DNA of 64,000 bases from Marsupella aquatica (Eukaryota; Plantae; Marchantiophyta). Under the pieces are notes generated by a model that had not been told where the DNA came from, made no database searches, and worked only from the letters and a program-made list of their open reading frames with translations. The translations under genes and the position numbers were made by a program. Positions 49,274 to 63,065 of the stretch are shown here, in pieces. Numbering within the stretch: position 1 is the first letter of the stretch; the number at the start of each line of letters is the position of its first letter. Where the stretch lies: positions 13,360,330-13,424,329 of the forward strand of contig OZ316898.1 of assembly GCA_973895155.1 (NCBI GenBank), given 5' to 3'.

Positions 49274-51129
49274 CCTGGATTTGCAAAACCACAAACACCA
49301 GACTTTTTGCAGTTAGTCCAAGTAGCTAGATGGCATGCCTGGCACTACAACTTAGACTGCCCAATATGCACTGGATGAAATTCCAGAGTTGTGATAATTT
49401 TAGGACAACCTTACCATGAGGATGGAGATCCCTCAAATAGTGGTGTTCTGGCTTCAGTCTCCAAGTGATCCCAATCTTCTTGATCCACTTCCATGATAGG
49501 GTGCTCGACGTCAGGTGCATGAGGTCCAAAGTGAACGTCAACAAGGTGGGCAAAGGCATCTTCTTCAAGGATAGGGTCATCTCCCTCATCTCCCTCATCG
49601 TCAACATCATCATCCAACTCTCCATCATATGCATCATGGTACTCCTCATCCTCATCGTCCATCTCATCATGGTCAAGGGGCTGACCCTCAGCATCCTCCT
49701 CGTCTGAGAAATGTAAGGTGGCACGTACGTGAAAGGCACGGGCTGATGTAGTCATCATTGATGGGTGAGGTGTGGGAGTAATATGTACACCATCCTAGAG
49801 TTTTCAATATGCAATGACAGATCACAATTAGAGAAAGGGTGTCCGTGATAAAGCTTACAATGAAACATCAATAATGAAAAATGCAAGGGTCACCCCATAA
49901 TGAATATGTCATGTACACATGTAAACATCAATGCCAATCATAATCTACGAGAATCTCTTCCCCTGCTCTAATGGTGCGGGTAGCATGTGTCAAGATGTAA
50001 TGCGTGCATGCTACAGGCAAACGAGGGTGACTCTGGTCATGGAACTCGTGCCACTCAGCGTTTGGCCTAAACCCTAAACGCCAAGAACCAATAGTGCTGT
50101 TGATGTAACCCGCCAAGTTCCCCGTGCGAGGTGGGTAACCATCAATCTGAGCATACCTAGGGTCCAACTTTAGTGACATGCCATATCGACTAAAGGTTGG
50201 GCACTGTCGGGAGAAGATGCGCCATCTCGCCGCCAAATACTTGGGCCCATAGAATGGAAACAACTGAGGCAAATCATCGGGTGCACAACCGGTAGGGACC
50301 ACGATATCCACAAGAGAAAATACTCCAAGTCCTACATGAGTCCCCAATGTAGAGGGGAGGATGACCCATGGGCGGTCCCAAACTATAATAGGCTCCCAAA
50401 GCGGGAGGTCCATAGGGAGTCCAAACTGGGTTGGGAAGGAGTCCTTTAAGATGTCCAAGGCTCTCCCTTGCAACTGTCTCGATGCTCAGAACACAGATGC
50501 ATCAAGAAAAGGGCATCAGGGTGGAACAATCCTAGGTGGACGGGACTCAATTGATCAGGGTCTAGTGGTCACCACTACTCCCCTCTCAATAGGGTGCATC
50601 CTAAACACTCTCCTCCTCCTACAAAATACACGGTCTATCTCCCTCAATGTGGTTGGCAAATCGGATGGATGGATGAGTGGTGCGAGTGCACGATATGCAA
50701 TGTCTCTCAAGCGGTCCACAGGCAAAGATCGCACTACAACAGGAATCTGTTTCACATGTTCACCAAAACAAGTTCAGAATATGACAATCAAAAAATAATT
50801 CAAGAAAGGAGATGTTATCATAATTGCAATACCCAACAAAATTGTATTACCTCTCGGGTCGGGAGGGTGTAACGACCATGGATCCCTAAATGGCTAAGGA
50901 CAGTGGTCCTCTCATGTAAGACAACACCCTTGCATCGTTTGCAAGGGCAAGGCATCTTGCAAACTGGCCCAATCCCCTGAAGAGCAGCCATGGCCTCTCC
51001 AAATCCATCAGCACGATGGGGGCTCCGGCCTCTCCTGCCCTTGGAACGATGTCTGCATCGATGACGCCTGGATCGGTGACGCCTAGATCGATCATACATG
51101 TCTGGTGAGTAATCTCTCTCCCGGTCCAA
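49274..51129 (-). pseudogene. CACTA-1 tnpD 5' exons (transposase-associated domain exon ending 50851; acidic exon 49794-49415)
   Basis: KMPCPCKRCKG..VLSHLGIHGR, phase-0 donor at 50850, phase-0 acceptor at 49795, then EARTPLFEGS, continuing across the CACTA-2 insertion site. Confidence 0.82.
49928..50746 (-). pseudogene. SET-domain (lysine methyltransferase-like) exon inside the CACTA-1 tnpD intron
   Basis: PST..VGLGVFS, FYG, IDG..GNLAGYINS..PNAEW, ATRTIRAGEEILVDY are SET signature motifs. The linker upstream of 50473 has stops and a frameshift. Confidence 0.8.
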
Positions 51130-51849
51130 CAGGTCATCTCTCCCCCTATGATGATGGTCATCTCTGCGTCAGGTGTAAGTACCCCCACCATGGTCCTCAT
51201 AGGATGATGCATCCCTCCTCCTCCCTCCCTCGTCATCCCTCCTCCTTCACTGCTCGTCATCGCTCCTATAGCCCGATGAAGCTGAACTCCCCCTATGCCG
51301 ATGATGGTGTCTATGTCGGTGAGAACTACCGCCATGCTCATCGTCATCATCACACGAGTCATCCCTTTGCCTATCCGACTCATCATACGTCCCCCTATGA
51401 TGATGATGGTATCTGTGCTGACGATGCCTGCCCCCACCATGGTCCGATGCATAGGTTGCCATGTCCCCTGTGATCAAATTTACAAAGGCCCCCACAACAT
51501 ATTAAACCCCAAGCATAAACGTATCCCGCTACGTTAACTAAACTAACGTCCATCCACACGATGTTCTTCTCAAATTAACGTCATTGTTTAGGTTCCGGGG
51601 AACAAGCCGAATTTAGTTTACGTAGTTATGTATGACGTACTTAATAAGTTAACGTCATTCGGTATGACATAATTATGTGTAACGTCGCGGCTAAACCCTA
51701 CACCCCTGTTTAACATTGTGATTAGCAATGTTAAATTAGGGTAACGACGGGTCTCCAAGGTTTGTGGGCTGCGGCTGTTTTCCTTTAACAAAACATCGGG
51801 AAGTGACTCACATTCAACATTCAACACTTCCCCTCTCCCCCTCTCGACT

Positions 51850-53672
51850 ATGGCTCATCCAAGCTATCTCCCTTCTAGTGGAGATTTTGATGGAGACTTG
51901 GTGGCTATGGATGATCCAGGGGAGTTAGAAAAGGTGCGTAAAGCTATGCAATCGACACATTTGCTGATACATGCTTTCAACCAGAGTTGGAAGTTCTTGG
52001 AGGAAAAGGAAGCAAGGAGTCTCAGTTTCTGGAATACCTAGAAAATATAGAGGCCAATGCTCCTGCCCTCGATGATTATGTGGAAACTGAGAATGCAATG
52101 CTCTTGGGGGAGGATGGGGGGCCTTCGATCGATGCTCTCAACTCCTTCCCGTCCCTACTAGATGATGGGTGGGACGATCTTGCCTTCAATGGAATGCAGC
52201 CTGATTCTCAGGCACCTAGTGGGACCCCAATCAAGAGCATGGTTAGGGTAGCACATGACAGATTCTAGCCTGATCAGGATCGGGACTCTCGCAGGCGGAG
52301 GAGGCATCATGATAGAACACACAACAGCAATAGCAGCCTTGATGAGAGCAGACGGAAGGGGAAAGGGAAGGAGTATAGAGATGCAGATCCACACAGTAGA
52401 GGTACATACAAAAAAAGAAGAACACAGGGAGATGCAAGGGCAGACAGAAGAGAAAGGTACTCACCTCAGCGTGAATGTCACTCCCACAAAAAGCGACAAC
52501 CTTCTCCTGTGCGACCTGTAACTACTGCTGTGAGTCGAGACAAACTCCCAACCATCACCTTGGATGCGTTTGATACTAGGCCGGATGTTCTGGATGAGAA
52601 GGCCCTCACAAATTGAGTGCAGACGTGTTGTGCCAAGCACTGTCCTGGTTGGACAACTTGGAAGGATCTCGCGTAGAACCCAAAGAAGTTTAAGCTCCTC
52701 CTGAACGATGTGCAAGCTGGGTTTAGGAATGGCCGTGAAATAGACTACAGGCATATCAGATAGAAGATCGTAGGCTACCTTGCAGATCAAAGGTTTAGAT
52801 GGAGAAACAAGGTTCAAAAAATGAGATGCCCAAGGACAGAGCAATACCTGAAACCAGAAGGAATGAGCGATGCCGAGTTCAAGTTGATCGTGGCTGAGTT
52901 GGAAGCAGCACCTGACACCCCAGTAGGCAAGCGAGTGCACATGGGGGACAAAGCTGCTGCAGCCCGCAAATCAAATGGCCGCTTGCGTGTGACCAGTTTC
53001 TGGGGCCAGGGAGGATTGCGAGGCTTCCTCGCAACCTATGTAAGTCCCCCACCCTCTTCAAAGCACAACTTGTTCATGCTTCGGCCGCATACGTTAATTC
53101 TATGGCCCGGCGGCCATATGGGCTAAGCTGGACTCTGTCCCGGAGGACCACCCAGTGGTAAGTTACATAGTCAAGTTAGGTTCCTTCTATACTAGGTTTT
53201 GCATCCACTATTTGCAGGAGGTAAACTGATCCCTTATGTCATGTGCAGGAGGATTGGAGTCCTCCAGAGGGGTTAGTGGCACGGCCCATTGCGGAAGATG
53301 AGGAGGCAGATCATGGAGGGGAGGAGCTTGATACGCAGGAGGAGGCCTTAGTAGACTGTGGGTAGGAGGGCAGTTTAGGTACACAGGGCCGGTCATCTTC
53401 TGACCTCCCCTCCAGTGGAGACTGATAGGGGTCATACCAACCATAGACGATGGAGAGAGAGAGAGAGAAGAGGGAGGGAGAGAGGGGGAGGGAGGGAGAG
53501 ACATAGAGAGAGGAAGAGGAGTCGTGTCAAGAGGGATACCACTAGGGGACACAGTGGCACTAGAGATGTAGTCCCCAGGAGTAGCGGCAAGGGAGCTGCG
53601 GAGTTGGTGTTTGGTAGCAGTAGTTCAGACGAGGATCCACTTCGGTACGAGTTGCGGCCCCGAAACAAATAG
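51850..53672 (+). pseudogene. CACTA-1 TnpA-like gene (Transposase_24-like), divergent from tnpD, with stops/frameshifts; GA-rich tract at about 53452-53520
   Basis: GYLADQRFRWRNK..KPEGMSDAEFKLIVAEL..AAAARKS..SFWGQGG resembles the Ptta/EnSpm core also seen at about 46400-46620. Confidence 0.5.
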
Positions 53673-56540
53673 TCGGAGGCACCGCCAAGTATTTCTGTTT
53701 GCAGGTCTGGACATGATAGGAGCCGCTCTCAGCGGCATTAGGGTATACCATGCATGACTAGGTGGACGTCCACCTGCATTTTGTACATTTTTGGCAAAAA
53801 CTTTTGACGCCACCCATTTATAGTGGCATTCCGGACTTCATATGTCTATTTTATGTGTATTCCGTGTGTATATGAACCTAAACCTAAAGCCCACCCAACT
53901 AAGGTAGCCTGGAAGGATGTTCCATACAAGATTAATGTTTACCACAAACGGCACTCCATTCACGTCTCTCCATTCTTGGTACTATTTTCAAATGTTCTTG
54001 TTAACACCATTTTTACCAAGCCTCACACGACTTACTACTCATACATCCTGGACAGACTCATCATTAACAAAGTCAACAACTACGTAATCTGACATTAACA
54101 TCATTTTAAACGATGTTATCTGCTGATTTGTCTGTTCAATCTGCGTCCAGAATAACATCTTTATTTACGACGTTAATATGTAACGTAGTATGTACTGACG
54201 AACGTAACGACATTTTGGACGATGTAAACTGTAACCTTTGTTACTTCGTACAAAACGTGCCCTGATTCACGTCGAGTGTGTCGCCTTTCTTAGCAGCAAG
54301 GAGACGTCGGGCTTAACGTCTTCATGTAACACGTAAAAAGTCCTAATAATGTAGTTGTGTGTGTAGACACTTGGAATCTCTTACGACGCATCAATCTCTC
54401 ACAATAACTAAATGTTGCACATATCCAAAGGTCCTCCAAGGGAGCTATGAAACTCAGGGCAGTATGGTAGAACTGGATAACATTGCAAAACTCAAGGAAG
54501 TCTGACTGAATTTCTACTAAGGTGGTTGTGCACTCGATGAGAGGGGCATTAGAGGGAGCGTTCAGCTCCCGCCAGCTCAAATGGTATGTCCCATGATTCA
54601 GGTCAATCATATTGACATGTACACCTCACTTTGGATCCATGTTGCTGCATATAGAACCATATAGAGAAAACATAGAGAGAAAACATAGACATAGAGAAAA
54701 CAAATTGAAAGAGCCAAATAAGTTTGAGCTGAAATGCCTCCAAGAAGGGTCTATATGTGCATTAGTCTATTAGTCAAAGAGAAAAATTGAACCAAAAAAC
54801 TTGGAGCTGTATGTGTGTTCACGAAATAACAAAACTTACTAAGGAATAAGATAAAATTGAAGCTCAATTACAGGTGAAGTATAAAGGGGTCTACATTATG
54901 ATGCGTTATTTGGTAAATGAAATTGCAATTAATTAGTAAGTTAGAGATATAGTATAGACACAGTTACAAAAGGGTTGTAGAATTATAGTCACAATTATTT
55001 GGAGGGTTACAGTCCAAGAGAGGTCTATATATGTTCACCTTGACAACATCAAATAACAAGTAAGTCAGAGAGACATCTAATTTCTCACATTGATTTCAGC
55101 TTCTGGGGATGTATACTACATGACATACTTGTATGTGGAATTATAAGTAATAAATATATATATTGTATATAAGACACTGAAGGACCCAATTATTTTGAGG
55201 TGAAACTTCCCCAATAGGGGTATGTACCCACTTGTTCACAATCATCTACATGAAATAAGAAGTAGGAAAGTACTCAACAAAATATAGTTTTATGATCTCT
55301 AGGCTTACCAATGTCAATCTCAAAGCATATGTCTACGAGTTAGGTAGGGGCGCGGGCCCCTGTTTCCAAAGAAGAGTGAAGGGTCTAAATCGCTCAAATG
55401 AAATCTAGCCTCGCATAGTGGAATCCAAATCAATAGTCATTGGCGGCCAAGGATTGTATCACTATAATGTAGAACAGTCCTTCAGAAAATGATCCTCACC
55501 ATGCCAGGGGTCACCCAAAATTAGACACCACAGGGCTCACAAATTAACTGATCCAAACCCAGAGCCTCGCGCAGGCCGATCACAGGAAGTCTTCTGAGCT
55601 AGAGGGAACATCAAGGCTGACCTTAGAAGCAACAATTCACAAAACCAAGTGCAAGATGAAATGCGAAACACATGATGCAAGTTTAGAGTATGACAATTAC
55701 AAACTGTGGACAAACTTTGGCAAGAAGCAGTGAAGAATCTTCCCTTGACAGCACCCGGCTGATCCCTCCCCTCTTGACTGAACAAAATGTAACAATTCAC
55801 ACACAAAGAGCAGCAAAGAGCACACAGCAAGAACACACAGACAAGGTAGCTGCTTTATACATTTTCCGTAAAGACCAAATGCAGGTAGTATTGAGAGTGG
55901 ACAAAAGAGACTACCCAGACAATCCACATAGATCACGACGATAACTGGAACTGGACGAGCGACAATCCACATAGAATATGTCGACTAATGGAATTGGAAT
56001 CGAGCAAAATACAATGACTACTGACTGCCTGACGTCGTGCAATCCGTGACCAATGAGACGGTCCTGCAATGCATGTCAAGGCAAAGGGACACAATGGAGG
56101 ATAGAGCCCAAAAAGAGTTGATGGAGTTGATTGGATTGCCATTTTCATGGCGTCAGTGTTGCGCGAGGTCGAAGAGACTTCTTTCATATTTTTGTACATT
56201 TTTTGAATCCCTTTGTTTCTTAAGAAGGGTTGTACACTATTCGTGACAAGATTGGGGAGTTCTTGTCATGCAGGAAGAGAACTCATGTGGGACAGGACAA
56301 CAACTCCTGTGGGACTGGGCAGTCACGGAGGGCAGGCGTAGGACAAGGTGGGCCTGTGGGCAGATACGGTGGCCGCTATGGATATGGTAATGATACAGGC
56401 CGGACAGTCTCTGGGGGCTTTTATACCCAAATGTTTGGTTTAACAATATTGGAGATTACCGCAGTCTCTATGGCATCAGCAGGCACCTCCGATTCCTCTT
56501 CAGATTCTTCTGGAAAAGCAATTGGTATCCAAAGATTTCT

Positions 56541-57289
56541 TGTTTGAGATTTTTTACTGAGATTTGTTGCTTTTGTCGGAGTACCCCCACTTGTCTCTGA
56601 GAATGTAATCCTTGTCTAAGTGTCTCATCTTGACGTGAGAGATCATGTTGACCATTGAATAGTCTATGAATAATCTTTAATTTCCCTTCGTGGACAACTA
56701 TGGTTTTGCCTCCCAAATTGCACAGAGAGTGAATCATACATTAAAGGCCCACCACTTTTTTTATTGACGACGAGAGGCAAGATCAAGGCATATTAATGCC
56801 TCGATCGTACTAATCAGGGCAGCTTGGGCTCTTGGGCAGGTTAGAGGGTTTTTGGGCAGGTTTAGGTGACACGTCGCTTGCCCAAACTTTTTCCAGGCAC
56901 GATTGGCCTTAAGGAAAACCAGGGACACCTTCACCGCAAACAGCCCTGTCCCTTCCGTGTTAAGGATTGCTCTTAGTCTTGTGACTCAAAGGTTACGGCA
57001 CTTAGGCTAACCACAGTTAGGGTCTTAGCTGAGGTTAGGTTAGTCGTGTGTGACCTTGTATATACCAGGGCTAGTGTAAGCCGCTGGTGAGTGGTGCTTA
57101 CTCATTGTAACGGAGCAACTTGAGGAAGAGGGAGAGCATGTGTGTTCGTTTACTCTTGAAGTAAAGCTTGAGTGTTCGTGTGGACGTAGCCTTGGAGAAG
57201 AGGTGAACCACGTAGAGATTGTGTCGACTACGTGTGCTTGGAATAAGTCATGGTTGTATGGTCATTGCGAATGACGTCTTAGTTCAACA
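56541..57289 (+). mobile_element. Possible LTR remnant
   Basis: TATA-like at about 57060, GTGGACGTAGCC..GGTGAACCACGT (common in plant LTR U5 regions), ending TTCAACA. No TSD found and left boundary uncertain. Confidence 0.3.
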
Positions 57290-57757
57290 TTCCGCTGTTC
57301 CCGTCGCATGGCATCCTCCCACCCTAAACCCATGCCCGTCGCGGCTCTCCCCGTCGCCATCGCCCATAATATTGCCCATCCCATCACTGTATTACGCTGT
57401 TGCCTGTCACCGTATTGTAACGACTCCTAATATGTACGCTTGTCTGTTTAGGGAAATTGCCTCCCTCCCTCGAAGGGTATTTGCACAGTGTTGGTACACA
57501 CAAAGTTTGGATTTGGGCCGCCTCATTTGCTTTCACCAAGTTTGTTAGTGTTCACTGAGGGGTTGAAGATTGACAATTGTGTGCAAGTCAGGTTTTGGTG
57601 TGCACATGTGATGGGATTTTAGCTAAAATCTCCCCTACAATTGTACTAAAAGTGTTGTGCTCGCAAGGCAAACGTCGGTGGAGTGGCCAGGGTGAAGGAT
57701 CAATCTCAGGCAAGTTCTTTCACTTCAATCAGTCTACTTTGTGAATCAGGAAATTAA

Positions 57758-60700
57758 ATGGCCTCCTTGAGCGATGTGCATCGTGCTGCAATCGAGAACG
57801 ATACCCAAATGGTGGGTCCAATGCATGCTCGAATCCTGAATTTTGCAGCTCGAAATCCTTTCCCAAGGAAATTCACGTATCGTGGATGCACTGAAAGGAC
57901 ACGATTGGGATTGTGTAAGGTTTCGATTGAAGGACCGAATCAGAAGCGTTGTCTCCATGACTCCTTTGAGAATGGTAACTATGCTGAGATGTTTCGGTTT
58001 GAAGTCATTTTGTCGGATGATAGTTTATAGACTACCTATGGGCGACCTGCACTACGTGCTGCAATTTGGGACACAGCGACTGCCCTGCTACACATATCTG
58101 CAAGTGCATTGGCCGCTATGGATGCGCCCGATCAATTATAGCTTGTGCACGACTCTACAAAGGATATACCTCTTTGCAATGTCACATTTAGGGTGCAACG
58201 GGGGGCAGTTCACCTCCAGGAGCTAGACATCATTTCCGATAGCAGCATATTGCAGTTGAGTCGTACTTGGCAGCCTTTGCTCACGCCAAGGCGAGGTGTC
58301 AACTGGAGCCCGCAAGCAAGGGTGTCTACTCCCGCTTCAGTCCCGCTCGTTGTGAATACCACTCCACCAAGGATGGCTGTGAAATCAGTACCTATCACTC
58401 CGCCGTCGTCACTTCTTGTTGGTACTACTCCACCAAGGATGGCTATCAAATCGATTGCTATGACTCCGTCGTCGTCAAATTCCAACCGCCCATCCCAATA
58501 CAATGCAAGCACTACGACAACATTCACTTCCGAAGCAGTTAGTGCTGTAGAAGATGATTCTGGAGCTTCAAATTTAGAGGACAGCGGCATTGTGTCTGTT
58601 GTAAAGAGGCTAGCTAATGCCTTTAGTGCATCTCTAGACATTTACTCTTCTCGACCCAGCAAAGAATAGTTTATTTCTGGGGATTTGTAGGGACATGGCA
58701 ATTTTGTGTTGTCTCGTATCTTAGCTTACACATTTTTCCCAGAATGTAAGCAAGGCCGTTGTTCATGCGAGCAGATGATATCCAGACCACTTCCAAGCGT
58801 TTGGGTGCTTTTGGTTTCATCATCTCTGTGTCCACAATGACATTTCCCTTTGTGCATTGTTTTTTTCCCGTCCTAGGTAGTTTCATTTACAAATACATGT
58901 GTTGTCGTCTTTGCTTGAAAATGAGGATATTGTTATGTTTGACCAGACTGACAGATGTCGGTTCACTTGCAGGAGGAAGTACCTTTGCCATTAGCCATTT
59001 CCATGAACTCATATGGCTAGAACAAAGAAGCAGGTACTAACCCAAATTAGGGTAATGCCCTCGCTTATCTGCATTATGTTATGTTGTTTATACGCTGTCT
59101 GCCTCTATTTTATTGTAGCGATGGTACTATTGGTCTCCCTCTGTCGAATGTTTGTTGCAGCTTCAAGTCTCTCCAGGAAGATTTGTAAAGGGGCACAACG
59201 CTGCTGAGCAGCCGCATAGTCATGACAGTGGAGGGACCAAAACACTTTTCAGTGGCCGTATATTACGCCAAAAGAAACTGGGACTCTCGCTAAAGGACCT
59301 CAACACCAAAACAGAGTCAGAGTCAGATGAATACGACAAGGCGCCAAGACAACGATCAGGGCATGTGCAGGTAACTCCACCGCCTCTGAGGTCCGCGACT
59401 GCTTTTGCCAAACCCAGGCGGCTTACTCGACGCACAATGTCAAAACATGCTCACAATCAGAAATGCTTGAGGTCAAAGCAATCAACCTTGCAAGGTAAGA
59501 AGGTGGTGAGGGACAACTATGCAAACAAGTCAAGTGTGGTAGATGTAATTACTTCTACAAGTGAGGCCTGTGAAGACCTTAGTTCAGCTACTGATCAATC
59601 AGAAGAAGCGTCTGGTAGCGATTCTCAAGACGGGGTACCCAAAAAATGAACAGCCTTCAAGTTTGATGCACAAAAGGTGATCCACATCCACAACACACAC
59701 TCAAAATTGCACATTTTCATTTTCAATTGTTTAATACAATGTCTTATGCACTTTCATGATTTTTGACACTTCAAACTCATTGCAGGCACAAAGCAACAAG
59801 TCAAAGCATGGCACTGCAAAAGAGGGAGACCATTACACATTGTATGCCAATGCAGTGGTCTGCAAGGTTGCACCTTGCAAAAATCGAGTCTTCAAAACGG
59901 AGAGAACATTTGGTAACCATGTCTTCAAAAAGCATGGTCTTATATCCAGTGGCACTTCTGTATCCCTGTATGCTCTGGATAGCGAGGATGAGCAGAGACG
60001 GCACCTGTATAATGCACGGAGGAGGAAGCAACCAGGTGCAGTTGTCTGCACCTCTTACTATGATGCTAGAGGTTCAATGCGAGCTCGTTGGAGTCAAGCC
60101 AAGTAGAGAATGAGGTAAATTCCTGCACATAGGGTTTACAAATGCATAAAATGATTCATTATGTTTGTGCATTAACCTGCAAACGTCTGGCCCATGTAGG
60201 GAAAATATATTCACAAGGTGGGTGACAAAATTTGAAGACAACCGATTCTCACATCCGTGCCCAATTTTGGGAGAAGAAGCCTTGTTGATTGTTGTACTGA
60301 AATATGTGATGCCCAGTCTTGGGTATCATCCGTGGAACAGCCTATTGAGGACAATAGAGTTCAACAAAGTGGTAGATCTCATTTCTCTCTGCCCGACTAC
60401 AGCTTCTGTTGGTATGTGGACTGACACATTGTCCAAGGAAGCTGAGGCCGGCTGTTATTCGCATTTGGATATTCATGACCTTCAGGCAATGAAATCGGCC
60501 ACTGCAGTACTTGGCACAATCTTCAAAAATTCAGTTAGTCCGTGTGATTCTGAACAGCTTAGGCATGCATTGCTAACCCATAGGCAGAATATTTGTGAAG
60601 ATGCAATTGCATGGCTTCAAAGGAAAAAACACAGCATCCTCTGGGAGAACATTCACGGATGGAGCACGTACGAGAAGAAGGCAGAGGACAAGTACTAGGC

Positions 60701-62547
60701 ATGGAAGGTTAAAGCCAAACCCAACAGTTGTGCCACTACTCTACCTAATCTTGTCCAGGCATACCAGGCATTCAACGGTTGCAGTGACGCAGAGGCCAAA
60801 CGACAGGTGAAGATTCTGACAGACTATTCCTATATAAGTTCTACATTTGTCCTCGCATTTGTCTTGTCCATGTTGTAGCATTTAACTTCACCTATCTTTC
60901 TTGTGCTAAACTTTATTCGCTATCATTCCAGGCTACAACAGATAGTGTTTGGATTGACACTTCAGATGACGGTGCACCGCCCAAGGAGAGGAGAGCAAAA
61001 CCAGCAGGAAGGAAAAGGAAATTCACTCCGATCAGCAAACTTGTGTCCAGGAGGGAAAAATTGGAACAACATGAACCGACTAATGGTGCACCCACCTGTC
61101 GCGGCCCTTTATCACTTGGAGATGCGGCTTTGTTGAAGGTGTTCCTCACTTTGATGAATGTGCCGCTGAAGGTGTTCCTCACTTTGATGAATGTGCCGCT
61201 AAGTGGCAGCTGCTTGATGATCCGGCTACAAAACGGTTTATGCAAAGGCTTGATCATGAGGAGCGGGTGCGAGCTGAGTACAATTATACGAGAAAGCATG
61301 GTCAGGAGGTAAATCCATCATTGGATCCTGCATTGGACAATGACGATGTATTTGCAGGCAGTGCAGATGAGTTTGCAATAGAAGACATACAAGATCATGA
61401 ATCCGATTCATTTGAAGTTCGATGCCATGTCCCACCTCTCGTGCATACTACTTCACATGAAGTACCGGCAAAAGAAGTCTTCCAGTGTGATGGAACAATG
61501 CTGTCACTCGAAACTGGTGCAGTAACTGAAACCACGGCACAGCCTCAGGTGTGGTCCGTTCTAGCTGATGGTAGTATCAAATTCAAAAATGTTTGCAACG
61601 CAGGAGAATGCGTGGCAATGGGGGTGCCAGCGTATCAAGTGGAGAAAGTAACTTGTGACAGATCATTTGAAGAGCCCGAACATGAAGTTCTAGAAGCTAT
61701 CATGGGATTGTGTTGTTTGTCACAAAACACATCGCAGGTCCTATCCCCGGGAGGTGATGCATGCAGTCCTCAATTGAATATCCTACCATCGGGACTTGAT
61801 GATGAGGTGGATGATGCAGCTGAGTTTGACCCACATGACCTGTACGCAGACGTGGTATGTAATTTGGAGGTTCCACATTATTTCCTTCAGTCACAAGATA
61901 TGTTAGACATATTTAGAGATACTACAACATTTGTGGATCTTTTATGTGGCGATACACAGGCAGCAATCGATAGTATTGTTGCACAGGAAGCAGATGTCCA
62001 ACCCACAATTGACATCCAACCCACTACCCACAACACTATTGACACTTTACTCCCACATCATGGGGAGAAACATGCTTCCTCTCTGAGTGTTCCAAACTGC
62101 CTTCAACACCTTGTTCCAGACAAAGATAACCACACTTCCGGCCAGAGTACTCCAATAGAAGTTTCACATAACGAGAAACTCGCTTCCTCTTCTGATGACA
62201 CCGAACCCACAAATTCAGAAAATATTCTGAATCTCTTTCCAATAGTGCAAAAGACAAGTACAGAAGGCGATGTGGGAGATGCAGCACCACATGGCTTGGA
62301 AACTCATGTACTTCAATGTACAGGTGATGTGAACCTTCAACTCGGACTTGGTGGCGGTCCAAACGGGGACCACGAAAGAAACAAGTCCCCTCTGCAGCTA
62401 ATGTATGAGTCTTTTGGTCGTAGTTTAGAGGACGTCCATCAGCGACTAGATAGGTATATTGCCAACCAGCCAACAATCTTGGAAAAAAATATGGATGACC
62501 TTGGAAAATGGATAGCATCAGTTTCTGATTGGATCAATCGTCTTTGA
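57758..62547 (+). pseudogene. Multi-exon hypothetical gene with a C2H2-like finger and long acidic C-terminus, partly disrupted
   Basis: Collinear ORFs with GT-AG-like breaks. CKVAPC..FKTERTFGNHVFKKH at about 59860-59935. In-frame stops near 58028 and 58140. 33-bp duplication at about 61134-61200. Confidence 0.4.
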
Positions 62548-63065
62548 ATGTGATGGCCTCAATGGTCAGAGGCAAACTTATGTAAGTGGTACCACGTTGT
62601 ATCACATTGTACTTTCCAGTGTGGATAATGGAATTAATAAATTTCCGCCTTTCCTCAATTGACATGATATATCGTCCGTGAATCGTGAATTGCCATGTTT
62701 ACACAATTTGAATGTTTGTACCGGGGTTTCTACTCTTCCATGTTGTGCACTATATATTGCGTAACATCATACAATCTCAGTCTGACATTTCCATAGTAAA
62801 CAAATCCATTTGCAAAATTGTGCATGCTCCTTAATTTTGTAAAAATCTTTCCGATCCAACACAATGAATGAAGGATGGAACTTCCATAAGGTAAACTCAT
62901 AATAAAATCCGCTTTACATTCTCGTGCTTTAATGAAGCATTGCCCCCATGGCGCCAAAGTATTTGCCCGGTCTAAACTGTGACATGTTTTACTTTGAAAA
63001 CTCTAATCTGCTATACACACAACACTATCATCATGTAATCATGAAGTGGGGGCCGCAACACTGTG

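Noticed and set aside
54340-54365. Right terminus of CACTA-1
   Set aside because: The position follows the ACGT-rich repeats, but no TAGTG end is present and the partner end is outside the window, so it cannot be supported.
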